Shown: in pieces, positions 29,841 to 40,831 of the stretch
Layout: the number at the start of each line of letters is the position of its first letter
Position numbering within the stretch: position 1 is the first letter of the stretch
From: Bacteroidales bacterium
GTDB lineage: Bacteria; Bacteroidota; Bacteroidia; Bacteroidales; Muribaculaceae
Reading direction: 5' to 3'
Assembly (NCBI GenBank): GCA_004557385.1
Contig: SFEA01000005.1
Span: forward strand, 27,465 to 91,464
Length of the DNA stretch: 64,000 nt
Translations under genes and position numbers: made by a program
Notes under the pieces: generated by a model
The model's database searches: none
Told to the model about the DNA's origin: nothing
What the model saw: the letters and a program-made list of their open reading frames with translations, nothing else

Positions 29841-29948
29841 TATAACGCAATGATTGCCGCGCCATTGTGTGACTTTCGGCGACAAATAAAAATTGAAGAA
29901 ATTGCACCGTAACTTGCCAAAACTCTTGTAGATATGGAATAAAAAACG

Positions 29949-29956
29949 TAAATTTG
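29949..29956 (+). promoter_or_regulatory. -7 box TAaaTTTG about 240 nt upstream of rpsU
   Basis: Matches TAnnTTTG. It implies a long leader that contains the hairpin ctgccga-tgg-tcggcag (29967-29983). Confidence 0.3.
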
Positions 29957-30193
29957 CGTCCGATTTCTGCCGATGGTCGGCAGCAACGCCCTAAACATAG
30001 AGAGGAGGTTGTGTATAAATCAACACGATAAATAGTTAAGAAACAGTTATTTACATATTGATTAAACGAAATCCGACGCGGTGCTGCATCGCGGCAAGCC
30101 ATTGTGGGCAGATTGCGTTCAATGGCATGCAAAAGCAGCAAACAATTAATTAAACAGAATTAAATAACAAACAAAAAATAAATTTTTAATACA

Positions 30194-30385
30194 ATGATTA
30201 TCGTACAAGTTAAGGAAGGCGAAAACATCGAAAAAGCCCTTAAGAAGTTTAAGAGAAAATATGAAAAGACAGGCATCGTGAAGGAATTGCGTTCACGTCA
30301 AGCCTTTGAAAAGCCATCGGTTACCAACCGCAAGAAGATGATGAAGGCTGTATATGTTCAAAAACTTCGTCAAGGCGAAGAATAA
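30194..30385 (+). CDS. rpsU: 30S ribosomal protein S21
   Basis: 63 aa: MIIVQVKEGENIEKALKKFKRKYEKTGIVKELRSRQAFEKPS... Confidence 0.95.
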   Translation: MIIVQVKEGENIEKALKKFKRKYEKTGIVKELRSRQAFEKPSVTNRKKMMKAVYVQKLRQGEE

Positions 30386-30463
30386 AAAAACCTACGAAAG
30401 AATTTGTAAAACTCAAATAATAATTGTATATTCGCTTGTGATAACATAAATCACTTCGGATAT

Positions 30464-31375
30464 ATGATGATTGAGGGATTCTTAAAATATTTACGGTATG
30501 AGCTGAATTATTCGGTTCATACCGTTTTGTCTTATGGAAACGACCTCCGTCAGTTTGCCGAATTTCTCACCCGTGGTGATAGCGAGCAACTTAGGCTCGA
30601 CGATGTGAGCGTTAACGACATACGCGAGTGGATGATGAGTCTCAGCAACGCGGGCGATTGCCAGCGCACCATACGTCGCAAGGTGCAGTCGGTGCGTGCT
30701 TTGTATAAATATATGCAGCGCCGCGCACTGATTGACCGCAACCCCGCCACGATGGTTGAGCTTGCCAAATTGCCCAAACGGCTGCCTACCTATGTGCGAA
30801 GCGAAAACATCAACGCCTTGCTTGACCAGGATATTGACCTTGCCGACTTCACGGCAGTGCGCAACAAACTGATGCTGATGATGTTCTATGAAACCGGCAT
30901 ACGACGGGCAGAGCTGATAGGGCTCAGCGATGTCAACGTCGATGCTTCGGCAATGCAGATAAAGGTGCACGGCAAGCGCAACAAGGACCGCATTGTGCCA
31001 TTCGGCAGCGAGCTGCTGGTCTGGATTGAGCGTTATCGCCACTTGCGCTCGCAGCAGGTGACTTGCGAGTGCGATGAGTTCTTTGTTAGAGAAAACGGCA
31101 AGCCGCTCTATCCGTCGCTTGTATATAAGGTGGTGCACGACGCCCTGCAAGCCGCCGGGGGCACCGACAAATTCTCGCCGCATGTGCTGCGCCACTCGTT
31201 TGCCTCGGCGATGCTCAACAACGGCGCTCAATTGAACAACGTGAAAGAACTGCTGGGCCACGAGTCGTTGGCTGCAACGCAGGTCTACACACATATAACT
31301 TTTAGTGAACTTAAAGATAATTACCAATCGGCCCACCCAAGGGCCCTTAAAAAAGGAGGACATTATGGAAATTAA
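30464..31375 (+). CDS. Tyrosine recombinase, XerC/XerD family
   Basis: The N-terminal SAM-like domain is FLKYLRYELNYSVHTVLSYGNDLRQF. Catalytic motifs are HVLRHSFA and LLGHESLAATQVYTH. The gene sits in the conserved rpsU-xer-hpf context. Confidence 0.85.
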   Translation: MMIEGFLKYLRYELNYSVHTVLSYGNDLRQFAEFLTRGDSEQLRLDDVSVNDIREWMMSLSNAGDCQRTIRRKVQSVRALYKYMQRRALIDRNPATMVELAKLPKRLPTYVRSENINALLDQDIDLADFTAVRNKLMLMMFYETGIRRAELIGLSDVNVDASAMQIKVHGKRNKDRIVPFGSELLVWIERYRHLRSQQVTCECDEFFVRENGKPLYPSLVYKVVHDALQAAGGTDKFSPHVLRHSFASAMLNNGAQLNNVKELLGHESLAATQVYTHITFSELKDNYQSAHPRALKKGGHYGN

Positions 31376-31658
31376 AATCAAAGCCATCCATTTTGACGCA
31401 TCTGCAAAGTTGGAAAGTTTCATTAACCGCAAGATTGAACGTCTTGCTCGTCGCAACGAAGAGATTACAAAGGTCGACGTGACCCTAAAAGTGATAAAGC
31501 CGGAATCGGCAATGAACAAAGAGGCAGGAATCAAACTCGTGATTCCGCAAACCGGCGAGGTGTTTGCCTCGAAAGTGGCTGACACGTTTGAAGAAGCCAT
31601 CGATGTGGCAATCGACGCACTCGAACATCAACTCGACAAGACTAAGAAAAGCAAATGA
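31365..31658 (+). CDS. hpf: Ribosome hibernation factor HPF/RaiA
   Basis: MEIKIKAIHFDASAKLESFINRKIERL ... FEEAIDVAIDALEHQLDK. The internal ATG is at 31365, and the gene overlaps the xer stop by 11 nt. Confidence 0.85.
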   Translation: MEIKIKAIHFDASAKLESFINRKIERLARRNEEITKVDVTLKVIKPESAMNKEAGIKLVIPQTGEVFASKVADTFEEAIDVAIDALEHQLDKTKKSK

Positions 31659-31735
31659 TAACCGGCATGGCGGACCGGGGCCTGTGGCTGAAGCCGGCAC
31701 CGCCACCCGATAATCCGACTTGAAAATCAAAAAAA

Positions 31736-31795
31736 GCCTCTGCAAAGCCGTTGCTGCAATGCACATGCAAAACAGGCAAATGGGCGTGCAGAGGC
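31736..31795 (+). terminator. Long hairpin plus T4 downstream of hpf
   Basis: gcctctgca (31736-31744) pairs with tgcagaggc (31787-31795) and is followed by gctttt. Confidence 0.45.
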
Positions 31796-31921
31796 GCTTT
31801 TGCGAGTGAATGAGTGGCGAAATGATGCATTTTGGGTATGCTCAGGACGAAAAAACAGCAATAAATCGAAATTATTTTCAAAAAAAGTGGAGGTAATATT
31901 TGCTGTTTTGAAAATTATGCG

Positions 31922-31929
31922 TAACTTTG
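31922..31929 (+). promoter_or_regulatory. -7 box TAacTTTG upstream of the tRNA cluster
   Basis: Matches TAnnTTTG, 46 nt upstream of the tRNA-Thr 5' end. Confidence 0.35.
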
Positions 31930-31974
31930 CACTCGCTTATGCACGACTATGTTTGCAAAAGTGCTAAAAACGAT

Positions 31975-32048
31975 GCCTCTTTAGCTCAGTTGGCCAGAGC
32001 ACGTGATTTGTAATCTCGGGGTCGTTGGTTCGAATCCGACAAGAGGCT
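31975..32048 (+). tRNA. tRNA-Thr (anticodon TGT)
   Basis: Hand-folded cloverleaf. Acceptor gcctctt/aagaggc, anticodon loop tt-TGT-aa, T-loop ttcgaat. There is a U29-U41 mismatch in the anticodon stem. CCA is not encoded. Confidence 0.9.
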
Positions 32049-32107
32049 CAAGAAAAACAAACCGGATGCGCAAGCGAGCGCACCACCCGGAGAGATTTTT
32101 GAAATTT

Positions 32108-32190
32108 GGGTAGTTTCCAGAGCGGCCAAATGGGGCAGACTGTAAATCTGCTGTCTTTCGACTTCGGTGGTTCGAATCCATCACTACCCA
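32108..32190 (+). tRNA. tRNA-Tyr (anticodon GTA)
   Basis: Acceptor gggtagt/actaccc, anticodon stem-loop gcaga-ctGTAaa-tctgc, a long variable arm, and T-loop ttcgaat. Confidence 0.9.
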
Positions 32191-32210
32191 CACCCGTAAA
32201 ACGGTGGTTT

Positions 32211-32282
32211 GCCTATGTAGCTCAGGGGTAGAGCGCTTCCTTGGTAAGGAAGAGGTCGCGGGTTCAATTCCCGCCATCGGCT
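32211..32282 (+). tRNA. tRNA-Thr (anticodon GGT)
   Basis: Acceptor gcctatg/catcggc with a U4-C69 mismatch, anticodon stem-loop cttcc-ttGGTaa-ggaag, and T-arm gcggg-ttcaatt-cccgc. Confidence 0.85.
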
Positions 32283-32437
32283 CAAAGTAAAGAAGGCTGA
32301 ATTTGGCTGCCAAATAGAGGTTGAATCTAATGCCAATCCTCTCATGAACAAGCAGCGCATGAATTACCGCTTCTGCTTAACAAGAATAACGACGAATATT
32401 ACGTTAATCATTTAATCAAAAAAATAACAAAAAAGTT

Positions 32438-33625
32438 ATGGCAAAAGAGAAATTTGAAAGAACCAAGCCACACGTTAACATTGGTACTATCGGCCACGTT
32501 GACCACGGTAAAACCACTTTGACTGCAGCCATCTCTAAGGTGCTCCACGAAAAGGGCTTCGGGTCAGAAGAAGTTAAGTCTTTCGACCAGATTGACAACG
32601 CTCCGGAAGAAAAGGAACGCGGTATCACTATCAACACTGCTCACATCGAGTATGAAACTGCAACTCGTCACTATGCACACGTAGACTGCCCGGGACACGC
32701 CGACTACGTTAAGAACATGGTAACTGGTGCTGCTCAGATGGACGGTGCAATCGTTGTAGTTGCTGCTACTGACGGTCCAATGCCTCAAACTCGTGAACAC
32801 ATCCTTTTGGCTCGCCAAGTAAACGTTCCACGTCTTGTTGTATTCTTGAACAAGTGTGACATGGTTGACGACCCAGAACTTCTCGAACTCGTTGAAATGG
32901 ACATGCAAGACCTTCTCGGCCAATACGAATTCGAAGAAGATACTCCAATCATCCGCGGCTCGGCACTCGGTGCTTTGAACGGCGAACCTGAATGGGTAGA
33001 AAAGGTTATGGACCTCATGAACGCTGTTGACGAATGGATTCAACTTCCTCCGCGTGCAACTGACAAGCCATTCCTGATGCCTGTTGAAGACGTATTCTCA
33101 ATCACTGGTCGTGGTACTGTTGCAACAGGTCGTATCGAGACCGGTATCGTTAAGGTTGGTGACGAAGTTCAAATCATGGGTCTTGGCGCTACATTGAAGT
33201 CGGTTGTTACCGGTGTTGAAATGTTCCGTAAGCTCCTCGATCAAGGTGAAGCTGGCGATAACGTAGGTCTTCTCCTCCGTGGTATCGACAAGAAGGAAAT
33301 CAAGCGTGGTATGGTTGTTTGCCACCCGGGTTGTGTTAAGCCACACGACGAATTCAAGGCTCAAGTTTACGTCTTGACTGAAAAGGAAGGTGGTCGTCAC
33401 ACTCCATTCCGCAACCACTATCGTCCACAATTCTACGTACGTACCCTCGACGTAACTGGTGAAATCACTCTTCCAGAAGGCGTTGAAATGGTAATGCCTG
33501 GTGACCACGTAACTATCCAAGTTAAGCTCATCACTCCAGTTGCTTGCGACCTTGGTTTGCGTTTCGCTATCCGCGAAGGTGGCCGTACAGTAGGTTCTGG
33601 TCAGATTATCGAAATCATCGACTAA
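32438..33625 (+). CDS. tuf: Elongation factor Tu
   Basis: [18 protein letters not shown] and NKCD; 395 aa. Confidence 0.98.
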   Translation: MAKEKFERTKPHVNIGTIGHVDHGKTTLTAAISKVLHEKGFGSEEVKSFDQIDNAPEEKERGITINTAHIEYETATRHYAHVDCPGHADYVKNMVTGAAQMDGAIVVVAATDGPMPQTREHILLARQVNVPRLVVFLNKCDMVDDPELLELVEMDMQDLLGQYEFEEDTPIIRGSALGALNGEPEWVEKVMDLMNAVDEWIQLPPRATDKPFLMPVEDVFSITGRGTVATGRIETGIVKVGDEVQIMGLGATLKSVVTGVEMFRKLLDQGEAGDNVGLLLRGIDKKEIKRGMVVCHPGCVKPHDEFKAQVYVLTEKEGGRHTPFRNHYRPQFYVRTLDVTGEITLPEGVEMVMPGDHVTIQVKLITPVACDLGLRFAIREGGRTVGSGQIIEIID

Positions 33626-33711
33626 TACCACTCTTGGTATAAGTTTCGAGATAAAGAATCACGATTCCGGTTGATGAACCGCATATAACGTAAGTCAACC
33701 GGAATTTTCCT

Positions 33712-33784
33712 ACGGGAATAGCTCAGTCGGTAGAGCACTGGTCTCCAAAACCAGGTGTCGGGAGTTCGAGTCTCTCTTCCCGTG
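33712..33784 (+). tRNA. tRNA-Trp (anticodon CCA)
   Basis: Acceptor acgggaa/ttcccgt and anticodon stem-loop ctggt-ctCCAaa-accag. Canonical position between tuf and secE. An 8-bp hairpin, ccggttga/tcaaccgg (33667-33702), precedes it. Confidence 0.9.
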
Positions 33785-33800
33785 CTAATAAAGTGAATTT

Positions 33801-33995
33801 ATGAAGAAATTAAAGTTATTTACGGATATTGAGGAATCTTATAGAGAATTGGTCTATAAGGTTTCTTGGCCAACAAAGAGTCAGCTTGCATCGAGCACCA
33901 TCTTGGTTATGATTGCTTCCATCGTAATAGCCTTGGTGATTTTGTGCATGGATCAAGTTATCGACACAATTATGCACTTCATCTACAGCATCTGA
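33801..33995 (+). CDS. secE: Preprotein translocase subunit SecE
   Basis: 64 aa with a single C-terminal TM helix (ILVMIASIVIALVILCM). Canonical position upstream of nusG. Confidence 0.9.
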   Translation: MKKLKLFTDIEESYRELVYKVSWPTKSQLASSTILVMIASIVIALVILCMDQVIDTIMHFIYSI

Positions 33996-34063
33996 TGCCT
34001 GAGTGGATGATTTGAAAAAAAAGGATAGTTTAAGGGTAAAAATCTTGTTAATTCAATTAGGAA

Positions 34064-34630
34064 ATGGCTGAAGAAAACAACATTGTGAAGAGATGGTATG
34101 CATTGCGTACTATTTCAGGCAAAGAACAGAAGGTGAAGGAACTGCTTGAAGCAGAAATCAAGAATTCTGATCTTGGCTTGCATGTTTATCAAGTGCTGCT
34201 TCCTACTGAAAAGATTGTATCTACATCCCGCGCCGGCAAGAAGGTTGTGAAAGAAAAACCCAGAATGTCGGGCTACATTTTTGTGGAGGCTACTATGACC
34301 GGCGAGATTGAGTATGAGCTCCGTAACACTACCAACATCATCGACTTTGTTCGTAACCGCGAAAATCCGCCGAAACCCGAACCTGTTCGTGAGGCTGAAA
34401 TCAACCGTATGCTTGGCGCTGCCGACAGCGACGCCATGAATGAGGTTGACAACGGCGTTAACGACTACATGGTGGGTGAGTCGGTAAAGGTGATTAGCGG
34501 ACCATTCAACGGATTCATTGGCGAGATTGAGGAAGTTAACCGCGAAAAGCGCACTCTCAAGGTCATGGTGAAGGTGTTTGGCAGAAAGACACCTCTCGAG
34601 TTGGAAAATTCGCAAGTAGAGCGTGAATAA
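34064..34630 (+). CDS. nusG: Transcription termination/antitermination factor NusG
   Basis: NGN domain (WYALRTISGKEQKV) and KOW motif (GESVKVISGPFNGFIGEIEEV). Confidence 0.95.
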   Translation: MAEENNIVKRWYALRTISGKEQKVKELLEAEIKNSDLGLHVYQVLLPTEKIVSTSRAGKKVVKEKPRMSGYIFVEATMTGEIEYELRNTTNIIDFVRNRENPPKPEPVREAEINRMLGAADSDAMNEVDNGVNDYMVGESVKVISGPFNGFIGEIEEVNREKRTLKVMVKVFGRKTPLELENSQVERE

Positions 34631-34704
34631 TTTGCGAGAAGGTTACGCTCTTGCAAATGTTTGTGCAACTTTATGTTTTAAATTTTAATTATTAAGATTG
34701 AACA

Positions 34705-35145
34705 ATGGCTAAAGAAATTGCTGGACAGATCAAATTACAGATTAAGGGTGGAGCAGCAAATCCTTCACCACCAGTAGGACCTGCACTCGGTTCTAAAGGT
34801 ATCAACATCATGGAATTTTGTAAGCAATTCAATGCTCGCACTCAAGACAAGGCAGGAAAGGTTCTTCCGGTTGTAATCACTTACTACACCGACAAGAGCT
34901 TTGACTTCGTGGTTAAGACTCCACCGGCAGCTGTACAATTGATGGAAGCTGCAAAGGTAAAGGGTGGTTCGGCTGAACCAAACCGCAAGAAGATTGCCGA
35001 AGTAACTTGGGAGCAAGTAAAGGCAATTGCTGAAGACAAAATGCCTGATTTGAACTGTTTTACTTTAGACTCGGCTATGAAGATGGTCGCAGGTACAGCC
35101 AGAAGTATGGGTATCACTGTAAAGGGTTCATTCCCTGAAAATTAA
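34705..35145 (+). CDS. rplK: 50S ribosomal protein L11
   Basis: [35 protein letters not shown]. Confidence 0.97.
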   Translation: MAKEIAGQIKLQIKGGAANPSPPVGPALGSKGINIMEFCKQFNARTQDKAGKVLPVVITYYTDKSFDFVVKTPPAAVQLMEAAKVKGGSAEPNRKKIAEVTWEQVKAIAEDKMPDLNCFTLDSAMKMVAGTARSMGITVKGSFPEN

Positions 35146-35162
35146 TTAAACTTCAATTCGAA

Positions 35163-35858
35163 ATGAGCAAACTTACAAAAAATCAAAAGTTAGTCAGCGA
35201 GAAGATTGAAGCAGGGAAGGCTTACACTCTTAAGGAAGCTGCAGAATTGGTGAAGGAAGTAACTTTCACTAAGTTTGATGCTTCAGTTGATATTGATGTA
35301 CGTCTCGGCGTAGACCCTCGCAAGGCTAATCAGATGGTTCGTGGTACAGTGTCGTTGCCAAACGGTACAGGTAAGCAAGTTCGCGTGCTTGTGCTTTGTA
35401 CAGCCGACGCTGAAGCTGCAGCCAAAGAAGCAGGTGCCGACTATGTTGGTTTGGACGAATATATCGAAAAGATTAAAGGCGGCTGGACTGACATTGATGT
35501 AATTATAACTCAGCCTGCCATCATGGGTAAGATTGGTGCTCTCGGTCGTGTGTTAGGTCCTCGTGGCTTGATGCCAAACCCAAAGAGCGGCACTGTTACT
35601 CCAGATGTAGCAAAGGCAGTTAAAGAAGTGAAACAAGGTAAGATCGACTTTAAGGTTGACAAGGGTGGTATTGTACACACCTCGATTGGTAAGGTTTCGT
35701 TCACTCCTGAGCAAATCCGCGAAAACGCTAAGGCTTTCGTTGATATGATTCTGAAGTTGAAGCCTGCAACTGCAAAGGGTACTTATCTGAAGAGTGTTTA
35801 TCTTTCAAGTACTATGAGTCCTGGTATCAAGGTTGATACTAAATCGATTAGTGAATAA
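35163..35858 (+). CDS. rplA: 50S ribosomal protein L1
   Basis: 231 aa, with [24 protein letters not shown]. Canonical position. Confidence 0.97.
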   Translation: MSKLTKNQKLVSEKIEAGKAYTLKEAAELVKEVTFTKFDASVDIDVRLGVDPRKANQMVRGTVSLPNGTGKQVRVLVLCTADAEAAAKEAGADYVGLDEYIEKIKGGWTDIDVIITQPAIMGKIGALGRVLGPRGLMPNPKSGTVTPDVAKAVKEVKQGKIDFKVDKGGIVHTSIGKVSFTPEQIRENAKAFVDMILKLKPATAKGTYLKSVYLSSTMSPGIKVDTKSISE

Positions 35859-35879
35859 CTTTAAATGAACTAAGACAAG

Positions 35880-36407
35880 ATGAAGAAAGAAGATAAGCAA
35901 ATAGTTATAGAGAAGATAGCAGGTGTTCTTAAGGAATACAGCGCTATATACTTGGTTCAAACCACCGGCATGGATGCCGAGATGACAAGCGCGCTTCGCC
36001 GTGCTTCGTTCAAGGCCGACGTTAAGTTGATGGTGGTTAAGAACACCTTGGTGAAGAAGGCTATGGAACAGTCGGATGTCGACTATTCGGGTCTTTATCC
36101 AGCACTGGCAGGCTCAACATCGTTGATGCTCAGCAACACCGGTAACGCTCCTGCTAAACTTATTAAGGATTTCTTGAAGAAGAACAAGAACTCGCAACTT
36201 CCATTGCTCAAGGCTGCTTACGTAGAAGAGAGCGTGTATATGGGAGTAGAACAGCTCGACGCTCTGTGCAGCATCAAGAGCAAGAACGAACTTATCGCAG
36301 ATGTTGTTGCATTGCTGCAATCGCCTGCTAAGAACGTTGTAAGCGCTTTGCAATCGGGCGGTAACAAGCTTCATGGCATCCTTGAAACTCTATCAAACAA
36401 AGAATAA
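35880..36407 (+). CDS. rplJ: 50S ribosomal protein L10
   Basis: 175 aa. Canonical position between rplA and rplL. Confidence 0.93.
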   Translation: MKKEDKQIVIEKIAGVLKEYSAIYLVQTTGMDAEMTSALRRASFKADVKLMVVKNTLVKKAMEQSDVDYSGLYPALAGSTSLMLSNTGNAPAKLIKDFLKKNKNSQLPLLKAAYVEESVYMGVEQLDALCSIKSKNELIADVVALLQSPAKNVVSALQSGGNKLHGILETLSNKE

Positions 36408-36443
36408 ATAAAAAAATAATAAACTATTAAATCATACACAACA

Positions 36444-36821
36444 ATGGCAGATTTGAAAGCTTTTGCAGAACAATTAGTTAACCTTACAGTTAAGGAAGTT
36501 AACGAACTTGCTCAAATTTTGAAAGACGAATATGGTATCGAACCAGCAGCTGCAGCAGTAGCAGTAGCAGCAGGTCCAGCAGCAGGTGGTGAAGCTGCAG
36601 CTGAAGAAAAGGATTCGTTCGACGTTATCCTGAAGTCGGCTGGCGCAGCTAAGCTCGCTGTAGTAAAGGCAGTTAAGGAACAAACTGGTCTTGGCCTTAA
36701 GGAAGCTAAGGAAGTTGTAGACAACGCACCTTCGAAGATTAAGGAAGGCGTTGCTAAGGCTGAAGCTGAAGCCTTGAAGAAGGCTCTTGAGGAAGCTGGA
36801 GCTGAAATTGAACTTAAATAA
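36444..36821 (+). CDS. rplL: 50S ribosomal protein L7/L12
   Basis: Ala-rich hinge [21 protein letters not shown] and a C-terminal domain with [12 protein letters not shown]. Confidence 0.97.
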   Translation: MADLKAFAEQLVNLTVKEVNELAQILKDEYGIEPAAAAVAVAAGPAAGGEAAAEEKDSFDVILKSAGAAKLAVVKAVKEQTGLGLKEAKEVVDNAPSKIKEGVAKAEAEALKKALEEAGAEIELK

Positions 36822-36845
36822 TATTACCTGATTATTCAGGTTGTG

Positions 36846-36885
36846 GGTTAAGAATCCTCTGTAATGTCGATTCTTAACCTTTTTG
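36846..36885 (+). terminator. Strong hairpin plus T5 between rplL and rpoB (attenuator/partial terminator)
   Basis: An 11-bp perfect stem, ggttaagaatc (36846-36856) pairing with gattcttaacc (36869-36879), followed by ttttt. Confidence 0.6.
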
Positions 36886-36923
36886 TGCTATAAAAATTTT
36901 GAGTTCACCCTAATTTAATTTTC

Positions 36924-39900
36924 ATGTCAGTTTCAACAAAAAACAAACGTGTTAATTTCGCCTCTGTAAAGAATCCATATCCGTTTCCGGATTTCCTGGA
37001 GGTGCAATTACAATCTTTCAGAGATTTTCTGCAGTTAGACACTCCAACTGAAAAGAGAAAAAATGAGGGACTCTACAAGGTGTTTGCCGAGAATTTTCCT
37101 ATTGCCGACACTCGCAACAACTTTGTACTTGAATTCCTGGATTATTATATCGATTCGCCACGCTACTCGCTTGATGAATGCTTGCAGCGCGGTGCAACAT
37201 ATTGTGTGCCTTTGAAGGCAAAATTAAAGTTGTATTGTACCGACCCTGAGCACGAAGATTTTGCCACTACAGTGCAAGACGTATTCTTGGGTCAGATACC
37301 GTATATGACTGATAAGGGTACATTCGTAATCAATGGCGCTGAACGTGTGGTTGTTTCGCAGCTTCACCGTTCGCCTGGCGTTTTCTTTGGTCAGAGCCAG
37401 CACGCCAACGGTACGAAACTCTATTCGGCACGTATCATTCCGTTCCGCGGCTCGTGGATTGAGTTTGCTACGGACATCAACAACGTGATGTGGGCTTACA
37501 TCGACCGCAAGAAGAAATTGCCGGTGACCACTCTGTTGCGTGCCATTGGTTTGGAAACTGATAAGGATATTATCGAAATATTCGGTTTAGCGGAAGAACT
37601 TAAAGTTAACAAAACCACTCTTAAGAAAGTTATTGGCCGCCGCTTGGCTGCTCGTGTTGTGAAATCGTGGAACGAGGACTTCGTTGACGAGGACACTGGT
37701 GAAGTTGTAAGCATCGAGCGCAACGAGGTGATTGTGGAGCGTGACACCGAAATCACTCAGGATAACATCGCTGAGATTCTTGAATCGGGCGCTGCCACCA
37801 TCTTGGTGCACAAGGAAGATGTGAACACCAACGATTATCAAATCATCTTCAACACCCTTCAGAAGGACCCGAGCAACTCTGAGAAGGAGGCTATCACATA
37901 TATCTATCGTCAATTGCGCAACGCCGAGCCACCGGATGATGCAAGTGCCCGTGAAGTTATCACCAACTTGTTCTTCTCCGACAAGCGTTACGACCTTGGT
38001 GATGTGGGCCGTTTCCGCATCAACAAGAAGCTGGGCTTGACCATCAGCGACGAAATTCGCGTGCTCACTCGCGAAGATATCATCGAGATTATCAAATATC
38101 TCATCGGTTTGATTAACAGCAAGACCGACGTTGACGATATCGACCACTTGAGCAACCGTCGCGTGCGCACCGTTGGCGAACAACTCTACAATCAGTTTGG
38201 CGTGGGCTTGGCTCGTATGGCTCGCACTATTCGCGAACGCATGAATGTGCGCGACAACGAAGTGTTCACTCCTGCCGACCTGATTAATGCCAAGACAATT
38301 TCGTCGGTTATCAACACCTTCTTTGGCACAAATGCTCTGTCGCAATTCATGGACCAAACCAACCCGCTTGCCGAAATCACTCACAAGCGCCGTTTGAGTG
38401 CCCTTGGTCCTGGCGGTTTGTCGCGCGACCGTGCCGGTTTCGAGGTGCGCGACGTTCACTACACTCACTACGGACGTCTTTGCCCTATTGAAACTCCTGA
38501 AGGTCCTAACATCGGCTTGATTTCGTCGCTTTGCGTTTATGCAAAGATTAATAAGCTTGGCTTTATCGAAACTCCTTACCGTCAGGTGGCAAACGGCGTT
38601 GTCGACCTCAAGAACGACGATGTTGTTTATCTCACTGCCGAGGCTGAGGAAGGCAAGATTATTGCTCAAGGTAATGCACCGCTCAACGACGACGGCTCGT
38701 TTATCCGCACCAAGGTTAAGTCGCGTCTCGACGCCGACTTCCCAGTTGTAGCGCCCGACCAAGTTGAGCTTATGGACGTTTCGCCTATGCAGATTGCGTC
38801 GATTGCAGCAAGCTTGATTCCGTTCCTCGAACACGACGACGCTAACCGTGCGTTGATGGGTTCGAACATGATGCGTCAGGCAGTGCCATTGCTTCGCACC
38901 GAGGCTCCTATTGTGGGCACCGGCATCGAGGCTCAGTTGGCTTACGACTCGCGTTCGCAAATTCAGGCTGAAGGTCCGGGCGTTGTTGAATACGTCGACG
39001 CTGCTACAATCAAGATTCGTTACGACCGCACCGAAGAAGAAGAGTTCATCTCGTTTGAAGATGCTGTCAAGACATATAATTTGCCTAAGTTCCGCAAGAC
39101 CAACCAAAGCACCACCATCGACTTGCGTCCGATGTGCGAAAAGGGTCAACGCGTCAACAAGGGCGACATCCTCACCGAAGGCTATTCTACTGCAGGTGGC
39201 GAGCTTGCCATCGGTCGCAACCTCAAGGTTGCCTACATGCCTTGGAAGGGATATAACTACGAGGATGCTATTGTGCTCAACGAACGTATGGTTCGTGAGG
39301 ACATCCTCACCTCGGTTCACGTCGACGAGTACACCCTCGACGTTCGCGAAACCAAGCGCGGTATGGAAGAGCTCACCAGCGATATTCCTAACGTAAGCGA
39401 AGATGCAACCAAGGACCTCGACGAACGCGGCATTGTGCGCATAGGTGCTCATGTTGGTCCTGGCGACATCCTCATCGGTAAAATCACTCCTAAGGGCGAA
39501 AGCGACCCAACTCCTGAAGAGAAGTTGCTTCGTGCCATCTTCGGTGACAAGGCTGGTGATGTGAAAGACGCTTCGCTCAAGGCCACTCCGTCGCTCAAGG
39601 GTGTTATTATCGGCACCGAGCTCTATCAGCGTGCCGCTAAGCGCAAACGCGGAACCAAGGACACCACTCTGCAAGATATCGACAACGAATATCAAGCCAT
39701 TCAGGACGAGTTGAAGAAGAAGCTCGTTGAAAAGCTGCTTGTTCTCACCGAGGGCAAGACTTCGAATGGCGTGAAGGACTATCTGGGCATCGACGTTGTG
39801 CCTAAGGGCGCACCATTCACAGCTCAGGTGCTCATCAATATCGATTTCGCCACTGTCAACCTCGTGAAGTGGACAGCCGACGCTCACAAGAACGAACTCA

Positions 39901-40730
39901 TCCACCAGTGTGTGATGAATTATCTGCGCAAGTCGAAGGAATACGAGGCTGAAAAGCGTCGTAAGAAGGACGACTATCAGATTGGCGACGACCTTCCATC
40001 GGGCGTAATGCAAATGGGTAAGGTTTACATTGCCAAGAAGCGCAAGATTGGCGTGGGCGATAAGATGGCAGGTCGTCACGGTAACAAGGGTATCGTGTCG
40101 CGCGTGGTTCGTCAGGAAGATATGCCGTTCCTTGCCGATGGCACTCCGGTTGACATCGTGCTCAACCCTCTGGGTGTGCCTTCGCGTATGAACATCGGTC
40201 AGATTTTCGAAGCCGTTCTTGGCTGGGCAGGCCGCGAATGTGGCGTGAAGTTTGCAACGCCAATCTTCGACGGTGCAAGCCTCGAAGACTTGAACTATTG
40301 GACCGACAAGGCAGGACTCCCTCGCTATGGCAAGACCTATCTTTACGATGGTGGCACCGGCGAGCGTTTCGACCAGCCAGCCACAGTGGGTGTGACCTAC
40401 ATGCTTAAGCTGGGTCACATGGTAGAAGATAAGATGCACGCCCGCAGCATTGGCCCGTACTCGCTTATAACTCAGCAACCTCTTGGTGGTAAGGCTCAGT
40501 TTGGTGGTCAGCGCTTCGGTGAAATGGAAGTTTGGGCAATCGAGGCATTCGGTGCTTCGCATGTGCTCCAGGAAATTCTCACCGTCAAGAGTGACGACGT
40601 TGTTGGTCGCAGCAAGGCTTATGAAGCCATTGTCAAGGGCGACGCAATGCCAACTCCGGGCATCCCTGAATCGCTCAATGTATTGCTCCACGAACTTCGC
40701 GGTTTGGGCTTGAGCATCAACATGGAATAA
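36924..40730 (+). CDS. rpoB: DNA-directed RNA polymerase subunit beta
   Basis: 1268 aa, with [15 protein letters not shown] and [10 protein letters not shown]. Confidence 0.98.
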   Translation: MSVSTKNKRVNFASVKNPYPFPDFLEVQLQSFRDFLQLDTPTEKRKNEGLYKVFAENFPIADTRNNFVLEFLDYYIDSPRYSLDECLQRGATYCVPLKAKLKLYCTDPEHEDFATTVQDVFLGQIPYMTDKGTFVINGAERVVVSQLHRSPGVFFGQSQHANGTKLYSARIIPFRGSWIEFATDINNVMWAYIDRKKKLPVTTLLRAIGLETDKDIIEIFGLAEELKVNKTTLKKVIGRRLAARVVKSWNEDFVDEDTGEVVSIERNEVIVERDTEITQDNIAEILESGAATILVHKEDVNTNDYQIIFNTLQKDPSNSEKEAITYIYRQLRNAEPPDDASAREVITNLFFSDKRYDLGDVGRFRINKKLGLTISDEIRVLTREDIIEIIKYLIGLINSKTDVDDIDHLSNRRVRTVGEQLYNQFGVGLARMARTIRERMNVRDNEVFTPADLINAKTISSVINTFFGTNALSQFMDQTNPLAEITHKRRLSALGPGGLSRDRAGFEVRDVHYTHYGRLCPIETPEGPNIGLISSLCVYAKINKLGFIETPYRQVANGVVDLKNDDVVYLTAEAEEGKIIAQGNAPLNDDGSFIRTKVKSRLDADFPVVAPDQVELMDVSPMQIASIAASLIPFLEHDDANRALMGSNMMRQAVPLLRTEAPIVGTGIEAQLAYDSRSQIQAEGPGVVEYVDAATIKIRYDRTEEEEFISFEDAVKTYNLPKFRKTNQSTTIDLRPMCEKGQRVNKGDILTEGYSTAGGELAIGRNLKVAYMPWKGYNYEDAIVLNERMVREDILTSVHVDEYTLDVRETKRGMEELTSDIPNVSEDATKDLDERGIVRIGAHVGPGDILIGKITPKGESDPTPEEKLLRAIFGDKAGDVKDASLKATPSLKGVIIGTELYQRAAKRKRGTKDTTLQDIDNEYQAIQDELKKKLVEKLLVLTEGKTSNGVKDYLGIDVVPKGAPFTAQVLINIDFATVNLVKWTADAHKNELIHQCVMNYLRKSKEYEAEKRRKKDDYQIGDDLPSGVMQMGKVYIAKKRKIGVGDKMAGRHGNKGIVSRVVRQEDMPFLADGTPVDIVLNPLGVPSRMNIGQIFEAVLGWAGRECGVKFATPIFDGASLEDLNYWTDKAGLPRYGKTYLYDGGTGERFDQPATVGVTYMLKLGHMVEDKMHARSIGPYSLITQQPLGGKAQFGGQRFGEMEVWAIEAFGASHVLQEILTVKSDDVVGRSKAYEAIVKGDAMPTPGIPESLNVLLHELRGLGLSINME

Positions 40731-40831
40731 TACTTACAACGAGAGCTGCATGCTTGTGAGTGACACATCTCGCAGGCATGCAAACCCCGTGAAAAAGATA
40801 AAATTAACTCTTTTAAGAAAGAATTAAACAA

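Noticed and set aside
28440-29885. A 481-aa ORF antisense to comEC, plus other long antisense or shadow ORFs (13588-14709, 15454-16287, 11448-12326, 9724-10611, 30491-31600, 26796-27653, 6255-6947, 41207-41794)
   Set aside because: Each lies fully inside a well-supported gene on the other strand. The products are Arg/His/Gln/Cys-rich with low-complexity character and have no motifs.
30464-31375. The tyrosine recombinase as a sign of an integrated mobile element
   Set aside because: It sits in the conserved rpsU - xerC/D - hpf housekeeping arrangement and has core-like composition. There are no flanking repeats or cargo genes.
31981-32313. A 110-aa ORF on the minus strand
   Set aside because: It spans three tRNA genes and is an artefact.
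36540-36610. A GCA/GCT-rich quasi-tandem repeat
   Set aside because: It encodes the Ala-rich flexible hinge of L7/L12, a normal feature of rplL.
37587-40691. A 1034-aa open frame antisense to rpoB
   Set aside because: The plus strand here encodes a highly conserved RpoB with all signature motifs. The antisense product has no recognisable motif and a skewed composition. Long stop-free antisense frames are a known by-product of codon bias in highly expressed genes.
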